Source: Acidobacteriota bacterium (GTDB lineage: Bacteria > Acidobacteriota > UBA6911 > RPQK01 > JAJDTT01). Taken from it: a stretch of DNA of 64,000 nt. The translations under genes and the position numbers were made by a program. This document shows, piece after piece, positions 9,922 through 19,297 of the stretch; the first letter of the stretch is position 1, and each line of letters starts with the position of its first letter. The stretch is from assembly GCA_965263035.1 (NCBI GenBank), contig OZ253580.1, forward strand, positions 1,408,001 to 1,472,000, given 5' to 3'. The notes beneath the pieces are model-generated. The model did not search any database. It was given only the letters and a program-made list of their open reading frames with translations, and was not told the origin of the DNA.

Positions 9922-10372
9922 CCAGATCCTTCGCTCCAGCAGCGAAGAGGAGACACGGCGCATCGGCCTCAGGCTGGGTGAGACGCTGCACCCTCCGCGT
10001 GTGGTCCTCCTCTCTGGAGAGCTGGGAGCCGGCAAGACGGTGTTCACCCAGGCCTTGGCAGCCGGTCTGGAGGTCGAAGATCTCTCCCTGGTCCGAAGTC
10101 CCTCCTTCACCCTGATCAACGAGTACCCGTCGGCTCGCGGTCCCATCTACCATGTCGACCTGTACCGCCTGGAGGGAGCGGACGACTTCCATTCCATCGG
10201 TATGGAGGAGATCCTGGAGCGGGAAGCCGTCGTCATCATCGAATGGGGCGAAAAGCTCGACTTGCCCGTGGAAGACCCCGTCCGTATCCGAATCCTGGTA
10301 GACCCGGCGAGCGACGAGCGCCTGCTGGAAATCGACGTCGGAGAGGAAAGAGGAAAGAGGAAAGAGAGATAA
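9911..10372 (+). CDS. tsaE: tRNA t6A biosynthesis ATPase
   Basis: GELGAGKT, SPSFTLINEY, HVDLYRL, IEW. Confidence 0.94.
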   Translation: MRASQILRSSSEEETRRIGLRLGETLHPPRVVLLSGELGAGKTVFTQALAAGLEVEDLSLVRSPSFTLINEYPSARGPIYHVDLYRLEGADDFHSIGMEEILEREAVVIIEWGEKLDLPVEDPVRIRILVDPASDERLLEIDVGEERGKRKER

Positions 10373-10750
10373 GGTGGCGGCTGGCTCTGAGATAACTCGA
10401 TCTCACTCGAGGTATGTGACTTGGGCGTGAGAGGAGAGGAGAGCTTTCTTATGGGGCGGGATCCGGTGAAGTCACCGGAGAAACAAGGCATCGAGTTAGT
10501 CCGGCTCAGATGCCCCCGATGAGATCATTTCCCATTCTGCGCCCCCCTGCGCGTCAACTACCCACCCTCTTTCCTCTTTCCTGATTTCCCCTGCTTCCCC
10601 GAAGACAATATTCATGCTTTTCCAGCAGAGATCGTTTGAGTTCTGTGAAGCCAACACACGAAAAGAGGTGAGACCATCGCTGCCAACGCTGTACTGCTGA
10701 CTCGTCTGCTGGAGTTTCCCGCAACTGCGCTTCCAACTCATTTCACCGGA

Positions 10751-11221
10751 GTGGCCACTGGGGAGGGGCGTGTCCGAACCGGATCCCCAGCACGTGGGAA
10801 TGCTCACGGCTATCAGCTGCTGGAAGTCACGTTGACCTGCCTGCTCATCGGCTTTCTGGCCTCGCTGGCATGGCCGGCCTATCAGCAGGTGCGGGATCAC
10901 TGGAGACTGTCGCAGGGGTCTCATCTCTTTCTCTCCCTCCTGGAGCAGGGGCGTACCGCGGCCATCGGGCGGAATCTGACCGTACAGATCCGAGTTTCAC
11001 CCGACGGGGGACGAGCCACGATTGCACCGGCAGGGGAAGAGACCGGACATTGGCTGACCCTCCCCAGGGGAGTTCTGGTCGTCCGGAGGCCAAACCGCGA
11101 AATATCCTTCTATTCCAGAGGGACCGCCGCTCCGGGCGGGACGTTTGTCCTGGGCAACTCTGCCGGCAAGATCCGCATCGTGATCTCGCCGGCCGGGAGG
11201 ATTCGATGGCAGAGAGGATAG
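10751..11221 (+). CDS. GspH/FimT-like minor pilin
   Basis: Class III signal G|YQLLEV plus hydrophobic helix; C-terminal ISFYSRG...IVISPAGRIR. Confidence 0.75.
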   Translation: MATGEGRVRTGSPARGNAHGYQLLEVTLTCLLIGFLASLAWPAYQQVRDHWRLSQGSHLFLSLLEQGRTAAIGRNLTVQIRVSPDGGRATIAPAGEETGHWLTLPRGVLVVRRPNREISFYSRGTAAPGGTFVLGNSAGKIRIVISPAGRIRWQRG

Positions 11222-11526
11222 CCGGGGACAGCGCCGAGGACGGGTTCGCCCTCCTGGAGCACCTGATGGCCACAACGATACTGACCGTCGCCGTCCTTTC
11301 CCTGATCCAGACCATGGCTCTGACCCTGGGCAACTACGCCATCATGGAAAAACGGCGCCAGGAAATTCTGCAACGGTGGAACCGGGGCGAAGAGGCCCGC
11401 TCCCGGGAGCCGGAAGGGGAGAGGATCGTCCTGGTGCCGGACGGACCCTTGTTGTGGCGCCTGAACGTCTCGGGCACCGAGGACGAGAACGCCTCAAGTT
11501 GGGAGGTGCTCCGATCGCTACCCTGA
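11206..11526 (+). CDS. Prepilin-type protein (PilV-like)
   Basis: G|FALLEHLMA prepilin motif; overlaps the previous gene. Confidence 0.65.
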   Translation: MAERIAGDSAEDGFALLEHLMATTILTVAVLSLIQTMALTLGNYAIMEKRRQEILQRWNRGEEARSREPEGERIVLVPDGPLLWRLNVSGTEDENASSWEVLRSLP

Positions 11527-11540
11527 ATGGAGGCGTCCGA

Positions 11541-12143
11541 ATGAGCCCGATTGATTCGCCGGCGGGACCCCGCGGGGCGAAGACGAAAGAGGGGGAACGG
11601 GGATTCAGCCTGATCGAGGCGCTTCTGGCCACCGCTGCCTCGGCGCTCCTTTTCTCTCTTTTTCTGGGAATGTTCGACCAGGTTCAGACCACCGTCACCA
11701 ATCTCACACGCTTGATGGAACGGGACCGGAACCTGATCCTGGCCCCCGTCCTGCTGGGTGGGTGGATCCTGGGAGCGGGCAACCGGGAGTGGAACCGGGC
11801 CGGGGACGGAATCCTGATCCAGTCCGGAATCCTCCAGATCGAGTCCGACCTGGACGGGAAGGACGGGTTTCCCGACGGGCGAGTCGACGGCAATTTCGAG
11901 AGCCTGTCGCTCCGCTGCCGGACGGAGCATTTGCAACTCAAGAGCGGCGGGGGGAGCTTTCAAGCCGTCCTGAAACACATCCGGCAGTGGGAAATTCTGA
12001 TGCAAGGACGGTTGCTGAGCCTTCGCCTCACCGGCGCCGTCAGCCCCAACCTGATGTACTGGAAAGGGGACGGAGAGACCGTTGAGACGATCCAATTCAC
12101 GCTTCGGAACTACCGGCCCAACCTCTTCCCTCCCCGGGATTGA
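11541..12143 (+). CDS. Prepilin-type protein (PilW-like)
   Basis: ERG|FSLIEALLA prepilin motif. Confidence 0.72.
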   Translation: MSPIDSPAGPRGAKTKEGERGFSLIEALLATAASALLFSLFLGMFDQVQTTVTNLTRLMERDRNLILAPVLLGGWILGAGNREWNRAGDGILIQSGILQIESDLDGKDGFPDGRVDGNFESLSLRCRTEHLQLKSGGGSFQAVLKHIRQWEILMQGRLLSLRLTGAVSPNLMYWKGDGETVETIQFTLRNYRPNLFPPRD

Positions 12144-13377
12144 TGAACTCCGGAAATCGGAATCGGAAGCAGGACTTGCCCTGCTGGCCGCCCTGCTCAC
12201 GACGGCTCTGGTCGCGACTCTGGTCTGGACCCTGAGCGTGCAGAACCTGATCCAGTGGAGACTGCTCCAAGGGGTCGAGGCGCAACTCTACAGTCTGTTT
12301 CTGGCCCAGAACGGGATCGAATTCGCTCGCGGCCTTCTTCCCCTGGTCGATGTCGACGAACTCCTTTCCGGTCCCGACGGTTCCTTCTCCGGAACCGATT
12401 TTCCCGAATGGAGAAATCCTCTCCCCTTTTCGGAGGCTCACCGTCTGGACCCGGAGAGTTGGACACCCGACCGCGACGACGGACTCCCGTCTCGTGGCCG
12501 GAACCGGCTGCTGCCGAACGGTTACCCGGACCCTGGAGGGGGGCGTTTCTACTTGAGGTTTTCCAACAACCCCGAGGAGCCGGCCCACCAGGACCGGGAC
12601 GGAGTGGTCCTGGTCCGGAGCATGGGGATCGCTCCTCTCAAACTGCAGAACCCCTTCCTGGCTTCCACCCACAACAGCGTGACTCTGATCGAATCCCGCC
12701 TTCTGCAGGAGACTGCATTTCGACTCCGGAGCGCGCTCACCCTGGCGGGAGACGACGGAGACTTCCATTGGGTGGGAAGCGACTTTCTCCTGGACGGTGG
12801 ACACCGAGAACCGGCGGTCCGCCTCCTCTCCCTGGGAGGCGATGGACTCGGCACCGAGTTTCTGCGGAACCTCAATCCGGCCCAAGCCGGCCGGATCCGG
12901 GGTGCCGGACCGGAACCTTCTCTTCGGGACTCGACTGCGGCATACCGTGAGGACCCTCGTTATCGTTCCCTTTTCCAAGCTGTCTTCTGGAGGCACTTTC
13001 AGGATCAGCTGCCGGCCCTCTCGTCGGCCACCGGGATTGTCCATCTTCCGGAGGGAGGAACCCTGTCAGGCGCGGTGTCGGGGGTCGTCATCGCCCGGGG
13101 GAACCTGATCCTGCAGGGAGACGTCCGGTTCCGGGGAATCCTGCTTCATCTGGGTGGGGGAGGCGTCATTCTGAAAGACCGTGCCCAGATCGTAGGAGGA
13201 CTCTGGCTTTCCAACCTGAGTGTGGAGGGAGAAACGATCCGCGGGGGCTCCTTGAGCCTTCATCTTTCGGACCTGGCCAGTATCCGATACGACGCCGATG
13301 CCATCCGGTCGGGACTGCGCAGCTTTCCGCCGACTCAACTGGGTTGGCGGCTCCTCTTTCCGGAGATGAAGCTGTGA
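12082..13377 (+). CDS. PilX/GspK-like minor pilin
   Basis: G|LALLAALL lacking E5, LAQNGIEFA; last and largest gene of the pilin cluster; start uncertain. Confidence 0.65.
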   Translation: MRRSNSRFGTTGPTSSLPGIDELRKSESEAGLALLAALLTTALVATLVWTLSVQNLIQWRLLQGVEAQLYSLFLAQNGIEFARGLLPLVDVDELLSGPDGSFSGTDFPEWRNPLPFSEAHRLDPESWTPDRDDGLPSRGRNRLLPNGYPDPGGGRFYLRFSNNPEEPAHQDRDGVVLVRSMGIAPLKLQNPFLASTHNSVTLIESRLLQETAFRLRSALTLAGDDGDFHWVGSDFLLDGGHREPAVRLLSLGGDGLGTEFLRNLNPAQAGRIRGAGPEPSLRDSTAAYREDPRYRSLFQAVFWRHFQDQLPALSSATGIVHLPEGGTLSGAVSGVVIARGNLILQGDVRFRGILLHLGGGGVILKDRAQIVGGLWLSNLSVEGETIRGGSLSLHLSDLASIRYDADAIRSGLRSFPPTQLGWRLLFPEMKL

Positions 13378-13381
13378 GGGA

Positions 13382-13548
13382 CTAGGAGGCTGCGCCGCAG
13401 AAATTGATCTACTGCGAAAGCGGTAGAATCGGTCCATATTTCCTCGATTTCTCGGCGAATAGAACAACTATGCACCTCCAAATCGAGAAAATCTGGCCTC
13501 GATTCCCCACTTTCTCGCTACGATCATTTCTACCGCGCAGACTCCTAG
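13382..13548 (+). mobile_element. MITE-A copy 1 (167 bp including flanking CTAGs)
   Basis: Terminal inverted repeats CTAGGAGGCTGCGCCGCAGAAAT / ATTTCTACCGCGCAGACTCCTAG; near-identical copies at 19298 and 35041. Confidence 0.9.
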
Positions 13549-13550
13549 CC

Positions 13551-16012
13551 CTGCTCTATACCCACAAATAGTGCTGGACAAACAAGAATGCCTGTCGTAG
13601 TCTTCACGACATGGTAGTTCAGAACCAGATCAAGCGCACCTTGAGCCGAGAGTTGGATCGTTTGCACGCCGTGATGAGGCGGGAGAAGTTCGCCCACCGG
13701 ACGGCGCTGGCGGACCGGGTCTGCTCGGAGTTTGGATTTCACGATGCCCGAGGGCGGGCGCAACGGAGCGGCTGCCTGAAGGCGCTCCGGGAGCTGGAGG
13801 CGGGCGGACGGATTCGTCTGCCGACGCCGCGACGGCGGGTGAAACATTGCGGGCCCCGAGGACTGGGCCGTGCGGTGCCGGAGCCGGTGGAAGTGCCCGA
13901 GACGGTGGACGGCGTGCGGGAGCTGGAGTTGATTCTGGTGGAGACGGGTCCGCAACGAGCGCTCTGGAACGAGTTGATGGCGCGAGAGCATCCACGGGGC
14001 GCGGGGCCGTTGGTGGGTGCTCAACTACGCTATCTGGTGGGCTCGGCCCACGGCTGGCTGGGGGGCTTGGGGTTCGGGGCGGCGGCGTTGCGGTTGCGGG
14101 ACCGGGACCGCTGGATCGGATGGGATGAGGAACAACGCCGGGCGCACCTGCACCGGGTGGTGGGGCTGAGCCGGTTTCTGATCCGTCCGTCAGTGAGGTG
14201 TCGTAATCTGGCCTCCCGGGTGCTGGGGGAGGTGTTGCGGCGGCTGGGTCCGGAGTTCCAGGCGCGCTACGGCTACCGTCCCTGGCTGGTGGAGACCTTC
14301 GTGGAGACGGCTCGCCACGATGGGGCCAGTTTGCGCGCCACGAACTGGAGGGTTCTGGGGAAGACGCAGGGTCGAGGCCGGCAAGATCGGGCGCACCGGG
14401 GTGCGGAGACGAGCAAGGCGATCTATGGGTATGAGTTGTGCCGGGATTGGCGTCGGCGGTTGGGGGTGGGACCGGCGCCGAGGCGGGGAGTGGAACCGAT
14501 GTCGGAGGGCGAGGGACTGGAGGGAGAGGGCTGGGCTCAGCAGGAGTTGGGCGGGGCGCCGCTGGGAGACCGGCGCTTGAGTCGGCGACTGGTGGAGAGT
14601 GCGCACCGTCAGGCGCAGGAGCCGGGGCGGGCGTTCACGGGAGTGGCGCGGGGCGATCCGGCGGCGGTCAAGGGATACTACCGGCTGATCGACCAGCCGG
14701 AAGCCTCGGCGGTGACGGTGTCCAACATCCTGGCCCCGCACCGGGAGCGGACCCGGCAGCGGATGCAGGGGCAGCGGACGGTGCTGTGCATCCAGGACGG
14801 GAGCGATCTGAACTTCACGCGGCACGGCCGGTGTGAGGGACTGGGGGTGATCGGGCGCAACCAGACGGGAGCGACGGCGCGGGGACTGCATCTGCACGCG
14901 ACGCTGGTGGTGAGTGAGACGGGGCTGCCGCTGGGGGTGTTGCGGGCGAAGCTGGACGCGCCGAAGCCGGGACCGGTGGCCACGCGGAAAAAGAAGAAGA
15001 CGTATCGCTGGATCGAGGGACTTCGGGACTGCGCCGAGGTGTCGCGGTCCCTCGACGGGGTGCGGGTGGTCAGCGTGGTGGACCGGGAGGCGGATTTTTT
15101 CGCACTGTTCGCCGAGCAACGAGCGTCTCCGGAGGTGGAGTTGCTGGTGCGTGCGAAGCAGGATCGGGTGCTGAAGAGGAAGACCCCGGCGAAGGCGGCC
15201 GGGAAAAGCGCGGATCCGGACCCGGAGCAGAAGCGGAAGCTGTTCGGGCGCCTGCGATCGGCGCCGGTGCGGGCCCGGATGCTGCTGGAGGTGAAGCGTC
15301 AGAGTGCGCGGATCAAGGCCAGCAAGCAGGCGGCCCGCCCGCGGCGGCTGGCGCGGGTGGCTCGGATGGAACTGCGCTACGAGACCCTGACGATTCCGGC
15401 GCCGCGCGGGAACCCAACCGGCATCCCGTCGCTGAGACTGTCGGTGGTGCACGCGCGGGAGGTCGCGCCGCCGGCGCAGGGGAAGCGCCTGGAATGGTTC
15501 CTGCTCACCACCCTGCCGGTGACCGATGTCGAGACGGCGCAGCAACTGCTGAGATGGTATGCGCTGCGCTGGCGGGTGGAGGATTATTTCCGGGTGCTCA
15601 AGACCGGATGCCGGGTACAACAGCTCCAGCACCAAACCGCCGAACGTCTGAAACGGGCCATCGCCATGCACGCCGTCATCGCCTGGCGGATCATGCTGAT
15701 GACGCTGTTGGGGCGAGAGGACCCGGACCTGCCGGCGCAATTGTTGTTCTCGGATCTGGAAATTCGGGTCCTGGGGGCGTTTGCCGCGTCGCGAGGATTC
15801 CCAGCGCCGGAAGACCTGGGGGCGGCCGTGCTCGTGCTGGCCCGCCTGGGAGGATATCTGGCTCGTAAACACGACTCCCCACCTGGGCATCAACTGATGT
15901 GGCAGGGCTACGTCACGCTCTACGGCATGTGTCTGGGCTTCGCTTTACGAGAAGAAACATGAATGAAACCGGACGGCTAATTTGCCCTGTGCAATATGTG
16001 GGTAAAGGGCAG
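13551..16012 (+). mobile_element. IS4-family (IS50/Tn5-like) insertion sequence, copy 1
   Basis: TIRs CTGCTCTATACCCACA / TGTGGGTAAAGGGCAG; 8-bp TSD TCCTAGCC at 13543-13550 and 16013-16020. Confidence 0.95.
13611..15962 (+). CDS. Transposase: DUF4338/DruA-like N-terminal domain fused to a Tn5-like DDE transposase
   Basis: 783 aa; WAQQELGGAPLGDRRL, IQDGS, VDREAD and YALRWRVEDYFRVLK (YREK) motifs; N-terminal DRWIGW..SRFLIRP..NLAS..LVETFVE. Confidence 0.92.
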   Translation: MVVQNQIKRTLSRELDRLHAVMRREKFAHRTALADRVCSEFGFHDARGRAQRSGCLKALRELEAGGRIRLPTPRRRVKHCGPRGLGRAVPEPVEVPETVDGVRELELILVETGPQRALWNELMAREHPRGAGPLVGAQLRYLVGSAHGWLGGLGFGAAALRLRDRDRWIGWDEEQRRAHLHRVVGLSRFLIRPSVRCRNLASRVLGEVLRRLGPEFQARYGYRPWLVETFVETARHDGASLRATNWRVLGKTQGRGRQDRAHRGAETSKAIYGYELCRDWRRRLGVGPAPRRGVEPMSEGEGLEGEGWAQQELGGAPLGDRRLSRRLVESAHRQAQEPGRAFTGVARGDPAAVKGYYRLIDQPEASAVTVSNILAPHRERTRQRMQGQRTVLCIQDGSDLNFTRHGRCEGLGVIGRNQTGATARGLHLHATLVVSETGLPLGVLRAKLDAPKPGPVATRKKKKTYRWIEGLRDCAEVSRSLDGVRVVSVVDREADFFALFAEQRASPEVELLVRAKQDRVLKRKTPAKAAGKSADPDPEQKRKLFGRLRSAPVRARMLLEVKRQSARIKASKQAARPRRLARVARMELRYETLTIPAPRGNPTGIPSLRLSVVHAREVAPPAQGKRLEWFLLTTLPVTDVETAQQLLRWYALRWRVEDYFRVLKTGCRVQQLQHQTAERLKRAIAMHAVIAWRIMLMTLLGREDPDLPAQLLFSDLEIRVLGAFAASRGFPAPEDLGAAVLVLARLGGYLARKHDSPPGHQLMWQGYVTLYGMCLGFALREET

Positions 16013-16014
16013 TC

Positions 16015-16893
16015 CTAGCCACCCGATCTCGATTTTCGGCCCAGGTGAAGACATGCGATCCCGGCCGAGAGGGTTCGGTGGTGGATCTCGCGGAACCCCG
16101 CCCTCTCCAGCAACCGGTCCAGATCCTCGGGCGCGAGGAACTGTCGCACCGACCGGGAGAGATAGTCGTAGGCTGGTCCGTGTCCCGAGATCCAACCGCC
16201 GAGTCGAGGCAGGATCCGCACGAAATAGAACAGGTACAGCGACCTGAACAGCGGCAAAGTGGGGAGCGTAAACTCCAGGATGGCCAACACGCCTCGGGGT
16301 CGGAGCACCCGATGCATTTCGGCCAGACCCTGGCGGTAGCTCTCCAGATTCCTCAATCCGAACGCGATGCTGACGGCGTCGAAGGACCGGTCCGGAAAGG
16401 GGAGTCTCAGCGCGTCCCCTTCGGCGAACGCAACACGACGGCCGTTTGCGGAACGGGACGCCTTCTTCTTACCCAAAACCAGCATGGGATGAGAGAAGTC
16501 ACACGCCACCACCGAACCCACATTGGAGAGCTCCAGGGCCAGGTCCCCGGTTCCCGTGCACAGGTCCAATATCCGCGGTTCCGACGGCAGCCGGCGTTCC
16601 AGCTCGCGCCTCGTCACCCGCCTCCAGCGCCGGTCCACGGACAGGGAGAGAAGACGGTTGGCCCGGTCGTATCGGGGGGCAATGGCGCCGAACATCCGGC
16701 GGATCCGCCCCGATTCCTTATCAGTCCGTGGTGAAAGTCCCGCGTAGCACCGAGACCGGGGCTGCGCCCGCCGGACCAGGCGCGGTGAGGGAGCATATTC
16801 GACCCTATGTGACCGAGGCGCAACGCAGTCCGCGCACGATGCAGACCCGGTCGAATGCCGCGACGACTTTTGCCACGGGCTATTATCCTCCAT
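16015..16893 (-). CDS. ubiE: UbiE/MenG methyltransferase with in-frame MITE insertion after codon 3
   Basis: MFGAIAPRYDRANRLLS, LDLCTGTGDL, GDALRLPF, AFGLRN, AYDYL. Confidence 0.9.
   Translation of the reverse strand: MEDNSPWQKSSRHSTGSASCADCVAPRSHRVEYAPSPRLVRRAQPRSRCYAGLSPRTDKESGRIRRMFGAIAPRYDRANRLLSLSVDRRWRRVTRRELERRLPSEPRILDLCTGTGDLALELSNVGSVVACDFSHPMLVLGKKKASRSANGRRVAFAEGDALRLPFPDRSFDAVSIAFGLRNLESYRQGLAEMHRVLRPRGVLAILEFTLPTLPLFRSLYLFYFVRILPRLGGWISGHGPAYDYLSRSVRQFLAPEDLDRLLERAGFREIHHRTLSAGIACLHLGRKSRSGG
16722..16882 (-). mobile_element. MITE-B copy inside the 5' end of ubiE
   Basis: TIRs CAGTCCGTGGTGAAAGTC / GACTTTTGCCACGGGCTA; TTAT on both flanks; homologous to 26041-26203. Confidence 0.85.
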
Positions 16894-16933
16894 TTGAATC
16901 CCCGGAACCCGCGACGGCAATCCCCGGCGACCG

Positions 16934-18025
16934 CTATTTCACTTGCTTCACTTGGTCCCAGGCCCGCGCCAGGTCCTGGTCTGGAATGTCGTCCCGGATC
17001 CGGGTGATCCCGATCGCCGCCAGCAACACGACGACCGTACGTTGATTCCGGCGTTTCTTGTCCCGCTTCATGGCCTCCACGACGCGACCCGTGGGCACCG
17101 TATCGATCGTTGGCAGAGGCCCGATCTCCCGGATCGACTGCACTGCCCGGTCCCGTGACTCCCGTGAAAGACCCGTGCGCCAATGCGAGAGATGAGCAGC
17201 AGCCATCATTCCGTAGGCTACCGCTTCCCCGTGGGTCACCCCCTGAAATCGGACGGCGGATTCCAGTCCGTGACCGAAGGTATGTCCCAGGTTCAGTATT
17301 CGCCGCAGATCCGATTCGCGTTCGTCCTGGGCGGTGACCTGCGCCTTGATCTGGCAGCAGCGCTGGATCAACTGCTGCATCACCGGGGCCTTCCGGGCCT
17401 GGATCTCTTCCAGCGACGCGTTCAGCCAATCGAAGAATTCGGCGTCCCGGATGAGGCCGTACTTGAACACTTCATAGAGTCCGGACTGATACTCTCGTTG
17501 AGGCAAGGAGAGAAGGGTTTCCGGGTCGATGCAGACCAGGCTCGGCTGCCAGAAGGAACCGACCATGTTCTTGGCCAGACCATGATTGACTCCGGTCTTG
17601 CCTCCAACTGAACTGTCCACCTGAGCCACCATCGTCGTCGGGATCTGGATATACGGAATTCCCCGCATGAAGGTGGCAGCGGCGAATCCCGCGATGTCTC
17701 CGGTCACGCCGCCACCCAGGGCCAACAGGGCCGACGAGCGATCCGCGCCGCCGGTCACGAGCTGTCCGTAGATCCGCTCGACGGTTCGGAGTGTCTTGTG
17801 GGATTCTCCGTCCGGTATCAGAATCTCCGATACCCGGAACCCGAAGTCCGCGAGACCCTGCATGAGCCGCTCGCCGTAGAGTTCGTGGACCGTGGGATTG
17901 GAGACCAGGAACAGCCTCCGGGTCGTCTCGCGGTCGCTCAGCAGCCTCGGGACCTCGGCCAGGAGACCGGGACCGATCAGGATGTCATAGCTGCGGCCGG
18001 GAAGGCTGACCTGAACCGTCTTCAC
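16934..18025 (-). CDS. aroB: 3-dehydroquinate synthase
   Basis: LGGGVTGD, QVDSSVGGKTGVN, LNLGHTFGH, HGEAV. Confidence 0.96.
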   Translation of the reverse strand: MKTVQVSLPGRSYDILIGPGLLAEVPRLLSDRETTRRLFLVSNPTVHELYGERLMQGLADFGFRVSEILIPDGESHKTLRTVERIYGQLVTGGADRSSALLALGGGVTGDIAGFAAATFMRGIPYIQIPTTMVAQVDSSVGGKTGVNHGLAKNMVGSFWQPSLVCIDPETLLSLPQREYQSGLYEVFKYGLIRDAEFFDWLNASLEEIQARKAPVMQQLIQRCCQIKAQVTAQDERESDLRRILNLGHTFGHGLESAVRFQGVTHGEAVAYGMMAAAHLSHWRTGLSRESRDRAVQSIREIGPLPTIDTVPTGRVVEAMKRDKKRRNQRTVVVLLAAIGITRIRDDIPDQDLARAWDQVKQVK

Positions 18026-18112
18026 CGGGTTCCTTTCCTGCTGTACGCCGCTTTGGGAAATCGCGTCGGCATCGATGCGGCTGGTGCGATCTTGGAAAAA
18101 ACCGGTCCCGGG

Positions 18113-19096
18113 CTAACCCAGCACGCCTTCCAGAGGACTGCTCGCCGTGGCGTAGAGCTTGCGGGGAATCCGCCCCGCCTTATAGGCCAGACGACCCGAC
18201 TCCACGGCCAGTTTCATGCTCCGGGCCATGGACACCGGATCCTTGGCGCCGGCAATCCCGGTGTTCATGAGGACTCCGTCGATCCCCAGCTCCATGGCCA
18301 GCGTGGCGTCGGAAGCGGTCCCGACACCGGCGTCGACGATGACGGGAACCGAGGCGAACTCCAGGATGATGCGGATATTGTTGGGGTTCTGGATGCCGAG
18401 GCCCGAACCGATGGGGGCTCCCAACGGCATCACCGCCGCCGCTCCCGCATCCTCCAGCCGCTTGCAGACGATGGGGTCGTCGTTGGTGTAGGGGAGCACC
18501 ACGAATCCTTCCTTGACCAGCACGTGCGTGGCTTCCAACAAGGCTTCGTTGTCGGGGAACAGCGTGCGCTCGTCTCCGATCACCTCCAGCTTGACCAGAT
18601 TCGACAGGCCCGCCTCCCGCCCCAGCCGGGCGTATCGAATCGCTTCGGCCGCCGTGTAGCAGCCGGCGGTGTTGGGCAACAGCCGGTAGCGGTTGGGGTC
18701 GATGTGGTCCAGGAGGGATTCTCGAGTCTTGTCGGTCAGATTGACGCGCCGCACGGCCACCGTGACCAACTCGGCCCCGCTGGCCTCCAAGGCCTGCTCC
18801 ATCTGGCCGAAGGTCGCGTATTTCCCCGTTCCCACCAGCAAACGGGAGTGATACTCACGTCCGGCTATGGTCAGCGTATCTTCCACGGCCCCTCCTCCCA
18901 CGAAATGAACGATTTCGATCCGATCGCCACTTTGGATTTCCTGCTCGGCCCACCGGGCACGGCGGACGATCCGCTCATTGATTTCGACCGCGACCCGACC
19001 CCCCTCAAGCTCCAGATCCTGAACCAGATCCGCCACACTGCGGCCCAATTCCACCCGGTGCTGCAGACCATTCAAAACGACTTGGATCTTGCCCAT
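18113..19096 (-). CDS. thiG: ThiS-ThiG fusion (sulfur carrier / thiazole synthase)
   Basis: ThiS domain ending HFVGGG is in frame with ThiG ([39 protein letters not shown]). Confidence 0.93.
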   Translation of the reverse strand: MGKIQVVLNGLQHRVELGRSVADLVQDLELEGGRVAVEINERIVRRARWAEQEIQSGDRIEIVHFVGGGAVEDTLTIAGREYHSRLLVGTGKYATFGQMEQALEASGAELVTVAVRRVNLTDKTRESLLDHIDPNRYRLLPNTAGCYTAAEAIRYARLGREAGLSNLVKLEVIGDERTLFPDNEALLEATHVLVKEGFVVLPYTNDDPIVCKRLEDAGAAAVMPLGAPIGSGLGIQNPNNIRIILEFASVPVIVDAGVGTASDATLAMELGIDGVLMNTGIAGAKDPVSMARSMKLAVESGRLAYKAGRIPRKLYATASSPLEGVLG

Positions 19097-19297
19097 GGGT
19101 CCATCGTTTTCGAGCCCAGTCTACTACGACGCCGCGCCCGTCTGCCAGCCGGACGGAGCCCTGACCCGCGGGGCATCGGCCCATTCCGGGACCATCGTCC
19201 GGCTCTAGCGGACCCAGGGTCGGAGCCACTCAACTTCCGGTCGAATTCCTCATCGAATGTTGGCGAGCGCCATCAACCTTGACGGGGTTCTGCACCA

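Noticed and set aside
13611-14500. A Druantia defence system
   Set aside because: The DruA-like domain is part of a transposase; no DruE helicase or other dru genes are present.
14190-15893. 567-aa antisense ORF present in all three IS copies
   Set aside because: Conservation simply reflects near-identical copies; low-complexity R/P/H composition.
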